NCBI GenBank assembly: GCA_963836075.1
Contig: CAWIIB010000001.1
Coordinates: 1,600,001 to 1,664,000, forward strand
Reading direction: 5' to 3'
Length of the DNA stretch: 64,000 bases
Source of the DNA: an uncultured Acidobacteriota bacterium
GTDB lineage: Bacteria > Acidobacteriota > JAQAZP01
A model generated the notes under the pieces. That model saw nothing but the letters and a program-made list of their open reading frames with translations. It was not told the origin of the DNA and did not search any database. Below are positions 10,609 to 21,236 of this stretch, piece after piece. The translations under genes were made by a program, and so were the position numbers. Each line of letters begins with the position of its first letter. Within the stretch, counting starts at the first letter, position 1.

Positions 10609-12069
10609 ATGCAATCTGACCCCCAGTCACCGCCGAGCTTTATGGAGTGGAAGGAGCTGAAATCGCTGGTCGGCTCCATAACCACGCGCTCCCTCGTCGC
10701 CCGCCCGACGACCATCGAGCAGTGCCGGGAGGCGCTGGACTACTGCCGGCAGCACAAGATGACCATCTGTGCCCGCGGGGCCGGGCGCGGCTACGGGGAC
10801 CTGGCGCTCAACGACGGCCACGCCCTGCTGGACATGAGCGGCATGAACCGCATCCTCGAGTTCGACGAGGAGAAGAAACAGATCACCGTGGAGGCCGGCA
10901 CCCGGCTCATCGACATCTACCAGCAGGTCCACCACCTGCTGCTCACGCTCCCCTCCAGCCCCACCGAATCGCACTCCAGCGTGGCTGGAGCGATGTGCGT
11001 CAACGTCAACGGCAAGGACGGGTGGCGCCACGGCAGTTTCGCCCGGCAGGTGGTCCGTTTCACCCTGCTGCTGGCCAACGGTGAGACGGTTTCCGTCGAC
11101 CGTTCCCACGAGCTGTTCAACGCCGTGGTGGGAGGCCTGGGCCTGCTGGGCATCGTGGTGGACGCCACGCTGCAGCTCAAATCGGTGCCCTCACCCTTTG
11201 TGGAGGTCAACCGCATCCCGGCGGCCGGTGTGGACCACATGCTGGAGATCCTGGCCCGCATCGAAAAATCCCACGACATGGCCGTGGTCTGGATGGATCC
11301 CTACACCCGCGGCTCCAACATCGGGCGCTCCGTGGTCCATGCCGCCAAATGGATCGAACGCCCTGAAAACGAAACGGAACGCCGAGAACTTCTCGAAGCG
11401 GGCTACAAACGCCTGGACAACCACCGCCGCTTCGGTCTGGCGCTGCACGAGAAGTTCGGTCCCTTCCTGTCGTTGATGCTGCATGCCCAGCGGCCGATGA
11501 TGATCACGTTCAACAAGCTTTACTACGCCATGTCCCGCCTGACCTACCGCCTGGGACGCTCCTCCAACTCCGAACTCTTTTTGCGGTTCAGTTTCGAAGC
11601 CAGTTTCACCGTACCGCCGGCCCACCTGGTTTGCGGCCCGCGGGGCTACACCGTCCAGCTCACCTTTCCCCGTTCCGTGGCGCGCGAAGCCATCGTCGAG
11701 ATAATGGAGATCTGCCAGTCGTCACCCTGCCCGCCGGTCACCACCATCCTGCGCGGTCACCAGGCGGACGACTGTTTGATCTCCTTCTCCGAAGACGGCT
11801 ACAGCCTTAATTTCGAGTTCCACCCCAAGAAGCGCCACGAAGCGGCCAGCCGCGAAGCCGTCGACCGAATTGTCGATGCCACTGTGCGTTACGGCGGCAA
11901 GATCCATCTGGCCAAGGACCAGGTCCTGACCCCCGAACAGTTCTACCGTGTCTACCCCCGCTACCAGGAACTGCTGGAGATCAAGAAGCGTCTGGACCCG
12001 GAAGGGCTGTTCACCTCCGACCTGGCCCGCCGCGTCGGCATCGATCCCGTGCTCAACCAACCGCAATAG
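10609..12069 (+). CDS. FAD-binding oxidoreductase, DprE1/ALO-like (FAD_binding_4)
   Basis: RGAGRGYGD, GGLGLLGIV, YGGKIHLAKD and KKRLDPEGLFTSDLARR motifs. Start uncertain (10579/10609/10642). Confidence 0.8.
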   Translation: MQSDPQSPPSFMEWKELKSLVGSITTRSLVARPTTIEQCREALDYCRQHKMTICARGAGRGYGDLALNDGHALLDMSGMNRILEFDEEKKQITVEAGTRLIDIYQQVHHLLLTLPSSPTESHSSVAGAMCVNVNGKDGWRHGSFARQVVRFTLLLANGETVSVDRSHELFNAVVGGLGLLGIVVDATLQLKSVPSPFVEVNRIPAAGVDHMLEILARIEKSHDMAVVWMDPYTRGSNIGRSVVHAAKWIERPENETERRELLEAGYKRLDNHRRFGLALHEKFGPFLSLMLHAQRPMMITFNKLYYAMSRLTYRLGRSSNSELFLRFSFEASFTVPPAHLVCGPRGYTVQLTFPRSVAREAIVEIMEICQSSPCPPVTTILRGHQADDCLISFSEDGYSLNFEFHPKKRHEAASREAVDRIVDATVRYGGKIHLAKDQVLTPEQFYRVYPRYQELLEIKKRLDPEGLFTSDLARRVGIDPVLNQPQ

Positions 12070-12100
12070 AGATTGAACGTCTGAGGGGCGCCCGGCCGGA

Positions 12101-13261
12101 TCAGATCCTGGAGACCGCTTCGAACCCGGCGAGTTCCCGTGCGGCCATCGCTTCGTCGTAGAGGGCAAAGGCCGGCACCTGGAGGCACTGGGCGGAGATC
12201 CGTTCGGCGGCGGGGAACTGCCGCTCGGTTTTCACACCGTAGTACTCGGTGAGGGCGCTGTGCCGGTGCAGCAGCACCCCGCCGATCTTGACCACGGTGC
12301 AGCCCTGGTCCAGCAGGCGCTGGAGCACGGCATTGGGCTCGCCCAGCCGGGCATCGGCGCGGAAGGCCACGCGCCAGTACACACGGTCGGCCTCGGCCGG
12401 TGTTGCGAAGGGGGTAAAGCCCGGGAGCTCGCCCAGCGCCCGCTCGAAGGCGCGGACATTGTTCACCAGCCGGGCCGAGCGTTCGGGGTAACTGCTCATC
12501 TGCTCCAGGGCCAGGGCCAGGGCAAAGGCATGGGGGCGGTACTTGATGCCCACGGCATTGGCGATGTGCTTGTAGCGGTCGGTGAGCAGGCCCCCGGGCA
12601 CGCGGTTCACGTGCCCGTAGAGCAGCATGCGGTCACGACAGTCGTCGGTGTTGGCCGTGACCAGGCCCAGCTCACCACCGGAGATCAGCTTGCCCTTGCC
12701 CATGGAGGCGCAGATGTAGTCGTAGTAGTGGCCCAGCGGCCGCCCGCGCCACAGCGTGCCCAGGGCATGGGACACGTCGGCGATGAGCTTCAGCCCGTGC
12801 TGGTCGGCCAACGCTCTCAGCCGGTCGGCATCGGCGGGACACCCCCAGGGCTGGTGGACGACGACGGCCCGGGTGCGGGGGGTGATCATCTTCTCCACGT
12901 CGTCCGGGTCGAGGGTCAGGTCGTCTTCGCGCACGTCGCAGAAGACCGGCCTGGCCCCCATCATGCAGACCGGCAGGGCCATGGCATAGTAGCCGTAGAC
13001 CGGCATCAGCACCTCGTCGCCCGGCTGAAGGTCCATGGCGAAGAGGGCCAGGTGCAGGGCCGCGGTGCCGTTGCACACCGCCACGCCGTGCCGCGCGCCG
13101 AAGAAGGCTGCCGCTGCCTGCTCGAAACGCTCGAGGATGCCGCCCGAGACCACCGAGAGCTCCTCCTCCACCACGGTCTTGAGAATGCGGCCGAGGACTT
13201 TTTCGTCCAGGGCATAGAAGAGGCGCTGCTGGTCTTCGAGCGACAGTGCGGGTGGTTTCAT
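12101..13261 (-). CDS. DegT/DnrJ/EryC1/StrS family PLP sugar aminotransferase
   Basis: NGTAALHLAL, GDEV, ADVSHALG, KGKLISGGELG. The ORF-track N-extension overlaps the neighbour, so the start is placed at ATG 13261. Confidence 0.85.
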   Translation of the reverse strand: MKPPALSLEDQQRLFYALDEKVLGRILKTVVEEELSVVSGGILERFEQAAAAFFGARHGVAVCNGTAALHLALFAMDLQPGDEVLMPVYGYYAMALPVCMMGARPVFCDVREDDLTLDPDDVEKMITPRTRAVVVHQPWGCPADADRLRALADQHGLKLIADVSHALGTLWRGRPLGHYYDYICASMGKGKLISGGELGLVTANTDDCRDRMLLYGHVNRVPGGLLTDRYKHIANAVGIKYRPHAFALALALEQMSSYPERSARLVNNVRAFERALGELPGFTPFATPAEADRVYWRVAFRADARLGEPNAVLQRLLDQGCTVVKIGGVLLHRHSALTEYYGVKTERQFPAAERISAQCLQVPAFALYDEAMAARELAGFEAVSRI

Positions 13262-13268
13262 GGCAATC

Positions 13269-14528
13269 CTATAGCTCCGGCAGCGAAGCCCAGGCCCGGA
13301 CGGTCTTCGCGATTTTATACATCTGGCTCTCGGGCACCACCGGGTAGACGCAGATTTCCATGATCGACGCTTCGCGGGGCGGCGCTTTGTCCGCACGGCC
13401 CTCGTCGTCGCGGAACTCGTCGAGCACCGAGCAGTCGGACATGTCGCTGATCTTGGTGTCGATCCCGTTGCGCAGCAGGCGGTGGCGCAGCTCGTCCCGG
13501 TTGCCGGCATCCACCGAGAGGGGGTAGTAGACATAGATGTTGGTGCCGCCGGCCGAATCGGGGGGCCGGACACCGGGCACCTCGCCGATCTGTTCGGTGA
13601 GGATGGCGGCGTTGCGGCGCGCGCCCTCGTTGAAGGCGTCGATGTGGCGCAGCTGGAGCAGGCCCACGGCGGCCGAGAGGTTGGCCAGCGGGGTGATCGT
13701 GGGATTTGACGCGGCGAACTTCGAAAGCAGGGTGTTGCCCACCGAGGAGTCCATCAGCGGCTTGCCCATGGCCAGCTTCAGGCGCAGGGCCGGGTAGCCG
13801 GTGAGGCCGAAGACCAGCGGCCGGGTCAGCAGCCACTTGATCCAGATGGAGATGGCCTTATTGCGTATGGCCCCGGCCGGCGCCTGCTCGGTCCTGGCCA
13901 GGATGGCGCGGGTCCGCTGCGCGATGAGATCGTCAGAGGTGGCGATGACCCCGCCGCCAAAGCAGGGCATGTTCTTGCCTTCGGCAAAGCTGAAGATACC
14001 CACGTCCCCGAAGGTGCCGGCCTGCTGGCCCTCCACCCGAACACCGCAGGCATGGGCGCAGTCTTCCATCAGCCGGATATCCCGCCCCTTGATCAGTTCG
14101 GCGATACCGCGGATGTCGCAGGGCTGCCCGAAGAGGTGGGTGGCCAGCACCGCGCCGGTACTCTCGTTGAGCAGCGGCCCGACCTCTTTCGGACCGGCGT
14201 TGTAGGTCTCCGGGTCCACGTCGCAGAACACCGGTTTGTAGCCCAGCATCTTGGCCACCAGGGGCATCACCGGAAAGGTGAAGACCGGGAAGATGATTTC
14301 CCGTCCCTTTTCGATTTCCAGCGCCTCCAGCGCCAGCTGGAACGCCGTGCGCCCGGAAGACGCCCCGAAGACGTGGGTCACCCCCAGCCAGTCGGCCATG
14401 CGGCTGGTGAATTCACCGAGCTCCGGCCCGTCCTGAACCCTCTTGCGGAGAATGCAGGAGATCAGGGCACGAAGCGAACCGGGCGGGAGGTTCACGCAGC
14501 GGCGTGGTACGGCTCCTGCAAAAGGCAT
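13269..14528 (-). CDS. DegT/DnrJ/EryC1/StrS family PLP sugar aminotransferase
   Basis: SGRTAF, THLFGQPCD, EDCAHACG, FSFAEGKNMPCFGGG. Confidence 0.85.
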   Translation of the reverse strand: MPFAGAVPRRCVNLPPGSLRALISCILRKRVQDGPELGEFTSRMADWLGVTHVFGASSGRTAFQLALEALEIEKGREIIFPVFTFPVMPLVAKMLGYKPVFCDVDPETYNAGPKEVGPLLNESTGAVLATHLFGQPCDIRGIAELIKGRDIRLMEDCAHACGVRVEGQQAGTFGDVGIFSFAEGKNMPCFGGGVIATSDDLIAQRTRAILARTEQAPAGAIRNKAISIWIKWLLTRPLVFGLTGYPALRLKLAMGKPLMDSSVGNTLLSKFAASNPTITPLANLSAAVGLLQLRHIDAFNEGARRNAAILTEQIGEVPGVRPPDSAGGTNIYVYYPLSVDAGNRDELRHRLLRNGIDTKISDMSDCSVLDEFRDDEGRADKAPPREASIMEICVYPVVPESQMYKIAKTVRAWASLPEL

Positions 14529-14633
14529 TTCACATTCTCCTCTTTTCCCTGTGCCGTGCGGCAGCGGGCTTTGGAACGCTCTGCGTTACGGCGAAAAGCG
14601 ACGGCGGATTGTATATCCGGAGACCGGCCTTTC

Positions 14634-15698
14634 TCAAGTGGCCGGCGGCGGGCCCGGCGGCCCAGTTTCTCCTGTGATTACGCCGGACCGCTCGCGCCAG
14701 GTGTACAGACCGAGCTGTTTCCTGAAAATCCAGACCGCCAGACCCAGCCAGATGTGCAGCCAGGAATCGATGAGCCGGTTGAGGACGGTGACCGAAGCCG
14801 CCGTGGGATGGGCGACCCCCAGCAACCGCAGGCAGCCGTACAGGGTCGCTTCAACGAGGCCTGCGCCGGAGGGCGTCAACGGAAAGGTCGACGCCAGCAG
14901 CGGGAGCTGGAGCAGAAAAACGATTTCCACCACACTGAACTTCAGGTCGAAGGCCAGCATCAGGCAGAGCGTCCAGAGCGCCTCCAGCACCCAGATCACG
15001 ATGGTCAGGCCGCCGATGGCGCCCAGTTCCTTTCGTGCCGGCCACATCCCGGCCTGGAAGGCCTCGATCATCTCCCGCATGGTCCTGGGGACCCAGCCGG
15101 GCAACGATTTTCTGTAGATCACCAGCGGGGTCAGGATGGCGGTGAGAGCCAGCGCCAGGGTCAGACCGCCGACCAGGCCCCAGGCCACGGACGTGGGGAG
15201 TGTGGCGGAGAAGATCAGGAATGACGAGAGCACCGCCAGAACCAGCACGATCCAGGCATCGATCAAGCGGAGAAAGAAGAGGGACCCCAGGGCGGTTGTG
15301 CGGCGGACGCGGAAATTGATCCGGGCCAGGTGGGCGGCGTAGAGATCCCCCAGCTTGCCCGGGACCACGTTGTCCACCGCGTTGTAGAAAAAGACCACCA
15401 GCCCGAACTTGCGCGTGCTGCCTTCAACCGGCACGTGCCCCAGCGCCCTGCTCCACCTCATGCCCCGGACCGGGTAGGTGGCGTAGTGGGCCAGGAAGCC
15501 GAGAAAGACATACCACTTGTTGCAGGCGGCGATATCGAGCCAGACCTGGTGCAGGTCGATTTTAGTGATCATCCAGCCGAGCAGCGCCAGGGCGGCGGCG
15601 ATGCCCAGAAACGTCTGCACCCCCCAGAGACCGGGCATGTCGTGGGTCTCCGCGGGAGCAGAATCGGCGGCTGGCTTTCCGGGATCATTCTGGGACAT
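14634..15698 (-). CDS. Lysylphosphatidylglycerol synthase TM / flippase-like (UPF0104) membrane protein
   Basis: RGMRW, NVVPGKLGD and TPSGAGLVE motifs; multiple TM helices. Confidence 0.82.
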   Translation of the reverse strand: MSQNDPGKPAADSAPAETHDMPGLWGVQTFLGIAAALALLGWMITKIDLHQVWLDIAACNKWYVFLGFLAHYATYPVRGMRWSRALGHVPVEGSTRKFGLVVFFYNAVDNVVPGKLGDLYAAHLARINFRVRRTTALGSLFFLRLIDAWIVLVLAVLSSFLIFSATLPTSVAWGLVGGLTLALALTAILTPLVIYRKSLPGWVPRTMREMIEAFQAGMWPARKELGAIGGLTIVIWVLEALWTLCLMLAFDLKFSVVEIVFLLQLPLLASTFPLTPSGAGLVEATLYGCLRLLGVAHPTAASVTVLNRLIDSWLHIWLGLAVWIFRKQLGLYTWRERSGVITGETGPPGPPPAT

Positions 15699-16939
15699 CA
15701 GGTTTCCGTACCCGAACCCTGGAGCCGGGCTTCGAAGAGACGGCAGGCCAGCTCGAAGACTTCATCCACGCTGAGCTTCTGCATGCAGATGTTGTCGGTG
15801 CAGGCCGATTGCCGGTCGTTGAAGGCGTTGACGCAGGGGCTGCAGGCGATGCCGGCCCAGAGCACGTGCGTCCGCTCACTCTGCGCGCCGAAGACCGCGG
15901 GGGTCTCGGGGCCGAACAGCGCGATCACATCCATCGGCGTGACCGTGGCGTAGTGCGCCGGCCCGCTGTCGTTGGTCACCATCAGTTCAGACCGGAAATA
16001 GGTGGCAAAAAGCTGGTACAGGGTGGTCTTCCCGGCAAAGTTGATGCAGCGGGGCGAACCGACCTTTTGCACCAGCTCCCGGGCACCCTCCTCCTCGTCC
16101 GGGGCACCGGTGAACACCACGGCCAGGTCTTCGTAACGCTCCAGCAGGCGCCGGGCCAGCTCCACATAGCGCTCCCCCGGCCAGGAACGGAGCGGCAGAA
16201 AATCGCCGCGGTTGGCATTGAGCAGGATCATGGGAGGGATGGTCTCCACACCGAGCATGGTCCGCAGCAGGGTGTCAACGCTCTCGATGGTCTCCGGAGC
16301 GGGCTGGTGCTCGGGGAGCTTCCCGCCCCTCACCGGCATCAGGTCGCAGGCGGGCAGCTTGTCCGCGGGGCACCAGATGGCGTCCACGATCTGGTGGAAG
16401 ATCTCGCTGGCGTGCATGGTGGTGTTGTAGCACAGACGGTGGGTCATCAGGTCGCCGCGGTAGGAGGCTTCACCGTAGAACGCGTGAAAACCGACCCGGA
16501 TGGAGGCGCCGCTGAGCCAGGAGAGCACCGCCGTGGAACGGGCGAAGAACTCGCAGTCGATGGTGGCCTCGATGCCCTCGCGGCGCATCCTGACCACTGC
16601 CCGCAGGGCATCCATCATCGCCTGCAGGGCATTGTCGGCGCGGATGACGATGAGGTTCTCCAGGGGGACGATCTCCAGCAGCTTGACGATGAACTGGTTC
16701 TGCTCGAAGACCACGAAGAAGAGGTTCTCGCGCCCCACTTTTTCGGCGGCGCGCATCAGGGCGGGATAGGCCACCACGGTGGCGCCCTGTTCGGCGAGCT
16801 TGATCGCGGCGATCCGCTTCGGTGAATCCACCGGCCGGCGGGTCCCGAAGAGGTCGCCCAGTCTGCGCATCAGCGTGAACAGGGCGCAGAGGGGTACACC
16901 GAACCACTTGTCCACCAGGCGCATCAGTCCTACGTTCAC
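15698..16939 (-). CDS. Glycosyltransferase family 9 (heptosyltransferase-like)
   Basis: RSWP, NFAGKTTL, VTNDSGPAH, LFGPETP and CSPC…C…C motifs. Confidence 0.88.
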   Translation of the reverse strand: MNVGLMRLVDKWFGVPLCALFTLMRRLGDLFGTRRPVDSPKRIAAIKLAEQGATVVAYPALMRAAEKVGRENLFFVVFEQNQFIVKLLEIVPLENLIVIRADNALQAMMDALRAVVRMRREGIEATIDCEFFARSTAVLSWLSGASIRVGFHAFYGEASYRGDLMTHRLCYNTTMHASEIFHQIVDAIWCPADKLPACDLMPVRGGKLPEHQPAPETIESVDTLLRTMLGVETIPPMILLNANRGDFLPLRSWPGERYVELARRLLERYEDLAVVFTGAPDEEEGARELVQKVGSPRCINFAGKTTLYQLFATYFRSELMVTNDSGPAHYATVTPMDVIALFGPETPAVFGAQSERTHVLWAGIACSPCVNAFNDRQSACTDNICMQKLSVDEVFELACRLFEARLQGSGTET

Positions 16940-18549
16940 GGTTTCTCCCGGTTGGCGATGAGTATGAATTCCCTGTGCCCGATGGCTTTTCTGGCTATTT
17001 CAGGCAGGGCCGCCAGGTAGGCGTCCTCCAACTCGTCGTGGTCACTGGTACCCACGACGGCCATGGAGAAAGTCGGACGCTCCATGAAGGCCTTGAGCTC
17101 TGCTTCGGTTTCGACGACATCCACCAGGGCGTCGGTGTAATAGACAAACGCCGCCCGGTAGTGCTTGTACATCACCCACTGTCCGCCCTGTTCCAGCCGT
17201 GAGGCGATTTCCTCGCAGAACGGCTTGGGCGTTTTGTAGACGTTCATCGCCGGGATCAGGACGTGGACTCCCAGAAGTATCAGCGCACCCATGAAAGCCG
17301 CCGGCAGGAAGATCAGCGCCCGGGGGTTGTCCCGGCGCCAGGCCACGAAGAGCAGCACGGCAAACGTCCCGGTGAGCACACTGGTAATGATGCCCAGTTT
17401 GAGGAACTGGGGGTATTCCAAACTGCCGGCCACCGGCAGGGCGACGGTGATCAGCAGCAGGATCGAGGCAAAGATCAGGGCAGGGATGACGATCGACTTC
17501 CGGAAATAGTTCTCCCTCCAGCCGTCAAGGGCCCGGTGTCCCAGGTAGCCCATCAACAGCGCCAGGCCCGGATAGAGCCCGAGGATATACTGGTGCCGTT
17601 TGCACTGGGCCAGGGAGAAGAAGACCAGCAGGGCGATGACCCAGACCAGCAGAAGCTTGAGATTCCTGCGGTCCGCCTCGCTGCGCCGGGAAAAGGCCAG
17701 GTGGAACGCACCGGGCAGGAACAGCGACCAGGGGAGGAAGGCCCACAGCAGACCCGCCAGGTAGTAATGGGCAGGCTGGTTGTGGGTCCAGGTGTTGAGA
17801 AACCGGGTCAGGTTGGTGGTGATCAGGAGCTCGGACCCGTAGTCGCTTCTCATCCCGGCCGGGATATACCAGGAGAGGGCGATGGCCGCGAAGATCAGCG
17901 TCCCCCAGACCAGCTTCATCTGCAGTATGTGCTTCAGGTCCTTCATCAGCACCAGGTAGACAAAGATCACCAGGCCGGGGATCACCAGGTTCACCGGCCC
18001 CATGGTCAGCACACCGAGACCGGTGGCGGCATACATCCAGAGATACGACCCCGTCCGTTTCTCCGGTTCCGAATATCCCCGGTGGAACATGAAGATGGCC
18101 AGGGTGGCGAAGAAGGTGGACAGCATGTAGGTCTGGGCCCACCGGCCGTTCTCCAGGAACATGACACTGGTGCCCAGGGCCACCGCACTGATGAACCCGG
18201 CGCGGGGCGAAAAAGCGCGCCGGCCCATGAGAAAGGTGAGCAGGATCGTCCCCATGGCCGCCAGGGCAGAGAAGATCCTCGCCCGGAACTCGTCCACATC
18301 GCCGTAGGGCAGGGAGATGATCCCCACCAGCCAGTTGTAGAGAGCGGGTTTGATGGTCCAGGGTATGCCGTTGCAGGTGGGATAGAGCCAGTTGCCCGTC
18401 CGGATCATCTCCCGGCTGATCTGGGCATACTCGTCCTCGTCGGGAGCCCACAGGTCACGGTCACCCACACCGTAGACAAAGAGAAAAAAACCGATGAAGA
18501 GCAGGGCGATGACCATGTTTCGGGTCTGTGCCGAACTAGGCTCAGTCAT
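16936..18549 (-). CDS. ArnT-like glycosyltransferase family 39 (PMT_2)
   Basis: WAPDEDEYAQISREM, KPALYNW, HNQPAHYY, FLPWS, K..QYILGLYP. Start may be 18615. Confidence 0.87.
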   Translation of the reverse strand: MTEPSSAQTRNMVIALLFIGFFLFVYGVGDRDLWAPDEDEYAQISREMIRTGNWLYPTCNGIPWTIKPALYNWLVGIISLPYGDVDEFRARIFSALAAMGTILLTFLMGRRAFSPRAGFISAVALGTSVMFLENGRWAQTYMLSTFFATLAIFMFHRGYSEPEKRTGSYLWMYAATGLGVLTMGPVNLVIPGLVIFVYLVLMKDLKHILQMKLVWGTLIFAAIALSWYIPAGMRSDYGSELLITTNLTRFLNTWTHNQPAHYYLAGLLWAFLPWSLFLPGAFHLAFSRRSEADRRNLKLLLVWVIALLVFFSLAQCKRHQYILGLYPGLALLMGYLGHRALDGWRENYFRKSIVIPALIFASILLLITVALPVAGSLEYPQFLKLGIITSVLTGTFAVLLFVAWRRDNPRALIFLPAAFMGALILLGVHVLIPAMNVYKTPKPFCEEIASRLEQGGQWVMYKHYRAAFVYYTDALVDVVETEAELKAFMERPTFSMAVVGTSDHDELEDAYLAALPEIARKAIGHREFILIANREKP

Positions 18550-18646
18550 TGTCCAGGTCTCCTGACGGTCTTCACCATTGGCGTTCACAAGTCCCTCAAG
18601 TGTAATGAAATCCAAGTATTCGTCAAGTGAGGAAACGTCTGCCGGC

Positions 18647-20254
18647 CTAAGGATCCGGCATGTTCGAGACGATCAGGTTGTTCCCCTTGTCCCGGACGAT
18701 GAAGCACTTCTGCTGCAACGGCCCCAGGGGATCGTAGCGGCGGCGTTCGGTCACGAAATAGACCCGCCGGTCCGTTGCCAGAAATTCCTCCAGCTGGTCC
18801 GGCGAGTGCAGAACGATGGCCTGCCTTCCGGTGTAGAAGAGTATCGAATCCTTCATCTGCCAGTAGAACACGAACTTCTCGTCCGGGGGGACCAGCTGGT
18901 CCAGCTCGGCCCCCAGGGTTTTTGTGGAACGGTAGGGGTTGATGGATGGAACCACCCAGATGATGAACGGGATCATCAGCAGAAAGACCGTCCCCGCGGT
19001 CATCAGGAAACAGGCCTTGTATCTTCGGACCAGCAATAACATGAACGCAACCATGCCGCCCAGACAGGCCAGCCCGAAGATCCAGTTCACGCGTATGAGA
19101 TCGACGCCGTATCTGTATTCCACGCGAACCGGCGGCTTGAGCAGCAGGTAGACCACGGCAAAGACCAGAAAAGCCGAATAGAGGCCCGAGGACCAGATGA
19201 AAAATCGGTGGAGCCGAGGCGTGGGCTGACGAATCAGATCGTGCCAGAGCATAGCCACCAGCAGGGCTATGGCCGGGTAGAGAGGAAGGATGTATGTCGA
19301 CATCTTCGATCCCGCGGCGGAAAAGAAGAAAAAGATGAAACCGCACCAGATCAGGCAGAACAGCGTTCCGTCTTCGATCTTCCTCAGCCCCCCCCTTAAG
19401 CTGTGGACCAGGGCCAGCGGCAGGAAAAAGGACCAGGGGAAAAAGCCGCCGATCAGCCGGGGCAGGTAGTAGTAGAGCGGCTGCGGGTGCCGAGCCCCGG
19501 CCCCCCCGGTAAAGCTGTGCAGGTTCTTTTCAATGATGAAGTAGTGGAGATATTCAGTGTTTTTCAGACTGAGCAGAACATACCAGGGAGCGACGATCAG
19601 GACAAAGATCGCGATGCCCGGGCCCAGCTGCATCCGCTTGAGAAATCCGAGGTCTTTGCGGGTGAGCAGAAAGAGGCCGATGATGGCGGCGGGAACCAGC
19701 AGGCCGATGGGCCCCTTGGCCAGCACCGCGAACCCGGCCGAGACATAAAAGAGGACAAGATTCAGCCGCCGGCGCTCGGCGCAGGTACGGGCCGTATAAA
19801 AAAAATAGAGGGCGGCGGTGATGAAAAAGGCCAGGGCGATGTCATGGACCACGACGCGGGACAGCGCGATAAACTGGACACTGGTGGCCAGCACCACCCC
19901 ACCGAGAAAACCGGTCGTGCGGTTGAACATCCGCCGGCCCAGCAGGTAGGTGACCAGTACGCATCCCGTCCCCAGCAGTGCCGCGGGCAGCCGTGCCGCG
20001 AATTCGGTAAAACCGAACAGCAGAAAACAGATCGACACGAACCAGTTGAACAGTACCGTCTTGTCGTAGAACGGTTCGCCGTTGAAAACAGGGGTGATCC
20101 AGTCGCCGCTCTCCACCATTATCCTCGATGTGGAGGCATGCATCCCCTCGTCGATATCCCAGAGCGGCTGGTCCCCCAGACAGGTGAAGAACAGGACAAG
20201 ACAGCAGACGGAGAGGAGTGAGACGAAAAGAACGTCCTGCTTGTATTCGGTCAT
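18647..20254 (-). CDS. ArnT-like glycosyltransferase family 39 (PMT_2)
   Basis: WDIDEGMHA, GDWITPVFNGEPFYDK, EFAARLP, LAKGPIG, HPQPLYYY, SKMSTYILP. Start is 20254 or 20293. Confidence 0.87.
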   Translation of the reverse strand: MTEYKQDVLFVSLLSVCCLVLFFTCLGDQPLWDIDEGMHASTSRIMVESGDWITPVFNGEPFYDKTVLFNWFVSICFLLFGFTEFAARLPAALLGTGCVLVTYLLGRRMFNRTTGFLGGVVLATSVQFIALSRVVVHDIALAFFITAALYFFYTARTCAERRRLNLVLFYVSAGFAVLAKGPIGLLVPAAIIGLFLLTRKDLGFLKRMQLGPGIAIFVLIVAPWYVLLSLKNTEYLHYFIIEKNLHSFTGGAGARHPQPLYYYLPRLIGGFFPWSFFLPLALVHSLRGGLRKIEDGTLFCLIWCGFIFFFFSAAGSKMSTYILPLYPAIALLVAMLWHDLIRQPTPRLHRFFIWSSGLYSAFLVFAVVYLLLKPPVRVEYRYGVDLIRVNWIFGLACLGGMVAFMLLLVRRYKACFLMTAGTVFLLMIPFIIWVVPSINPYRSTKTLGAELDQLVPPDEKFVFYWQMKDSILFYTGRQAIVLHSPDQLEEFLATDRRVYFVTERRRYDPLGPLQQKCFIVRDKGNNLIVSNMPDP

Positions 20255-20462
20255 GGTGATTGCCGCCTGGAAGAACTCAGGATAGATAGGCATTCCGATT
20301 GTAAAAGTGTGCCAAGACCGCGTCAAGTGAGGGGGAGACCGGTCCTCCGCCGGCCTTGAAATTCCGGCCCGCCACTGTCTCTGCTTTCCCGGCACGTTCA
20401 AGGGCAGGGTTGCGCTCGAACCCCGGATGGAATAAAAATGGAGACAAAACGGTACCTGCCCC

Positions 20463-21236
20463 ATGGGCCCAAAGAAACGAAAAAGAACGTCGGCGCGCAA
20501 GCGCTCCGGGTGCCTGACCCGCCTGCTCCGCCCGGGCATGAAACTGGCGCTGCTCGCCGCGCTGGCCACGGCCGCCCTGGCCGGGTGGTGGTATCTCACC
20601 TGGCCCGACGTGGGCTCGCTGGCCACGCAGGCCCCGGAGACCACGGCCTTTATCGAGCAGAGTCGTGAGCGGTTGGGCCGGCAGCAGGTGCGATGGGCCC
20701 CGGTTCCCGGTGAGGGCATCTCCGACCGGCTGCGGGTGGCCGTCCTGGTGTCCGAAGACATCGGTTTCTTTGATCACCGGGGATTTGAAAAGAGCGAGAT
20801 CGAGGCGGCAATCCGGGACTCCATCGCGGAACGGAAGCCGCTGCGCGGTGCCTCCACCATCACCCAGCAGCTGGCCAAGAACCTCTGGCTCTCTCCCTCC
20901 CGCAACCCGCTGCGCAAGCTGCGTGAGGCGCTGCTCACCATCGACCTGGAACGCTGGCTGACCAAAGAGCGGATCCTTGACCTCTACCTCAACGTGGCCG
21001 AGTTCGGCCCCGGCATTTTCGGCGCCGAGGCGGCGTCCCGGCACTATTTCGGAAAGCCGGCCTCGGACCTGGAGGCCGGCGAAGCGGCCAGCCTGGCCGC
21101 GGGCCTCTCCCGGCCATCCCAATGGCACCCCGGCTGCGGCAGCGCCTCGTATCAAAGACACGTGCGCACCATCCGGAACAGGATGAAGAAGGTGCGCGGT
21201 CTGCCGATCGGCACGGCCGGCGGATCATCCCCCTGA
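20463..21236 (+). CDS. mtgA: Monofunctional biosynthetic peptidoglycan transglycosylase
   Basis: SEDIGFFDHRG, RGASTITQQLAKNL, RKLRE, KERILDLYLNVAEFG, GAEAASRHYF. Confidence 0.92.
   Translation: MGPKKRKRTSARKRSGCLTRLLRPGMKLALLAALATAALAGWWYLTWPDVGSLATQAPETTAFIEQSRERLGRQQVRWAPVPGEGISDRLRVAVLVSEDIGFFDHRGFEKSEIEAAIRDSIAERKPLRGASTITQQLAKNLWLSPSRNPLRKLREALLTIDLERWLTKERILDLYLNVAEFGPGIFGAEAASRHYFGKPASDLEAGEAASLAAGLSRPSQWHPGCGSASYQRHVRTIRNRMKKVRGLPIGTAGGSSP

Noticed and set aside
20298-20316. TGGCAC upstream of arnT as a sigma54 promoter
   Set aside because: No TTGC -12 element at the required spacing.
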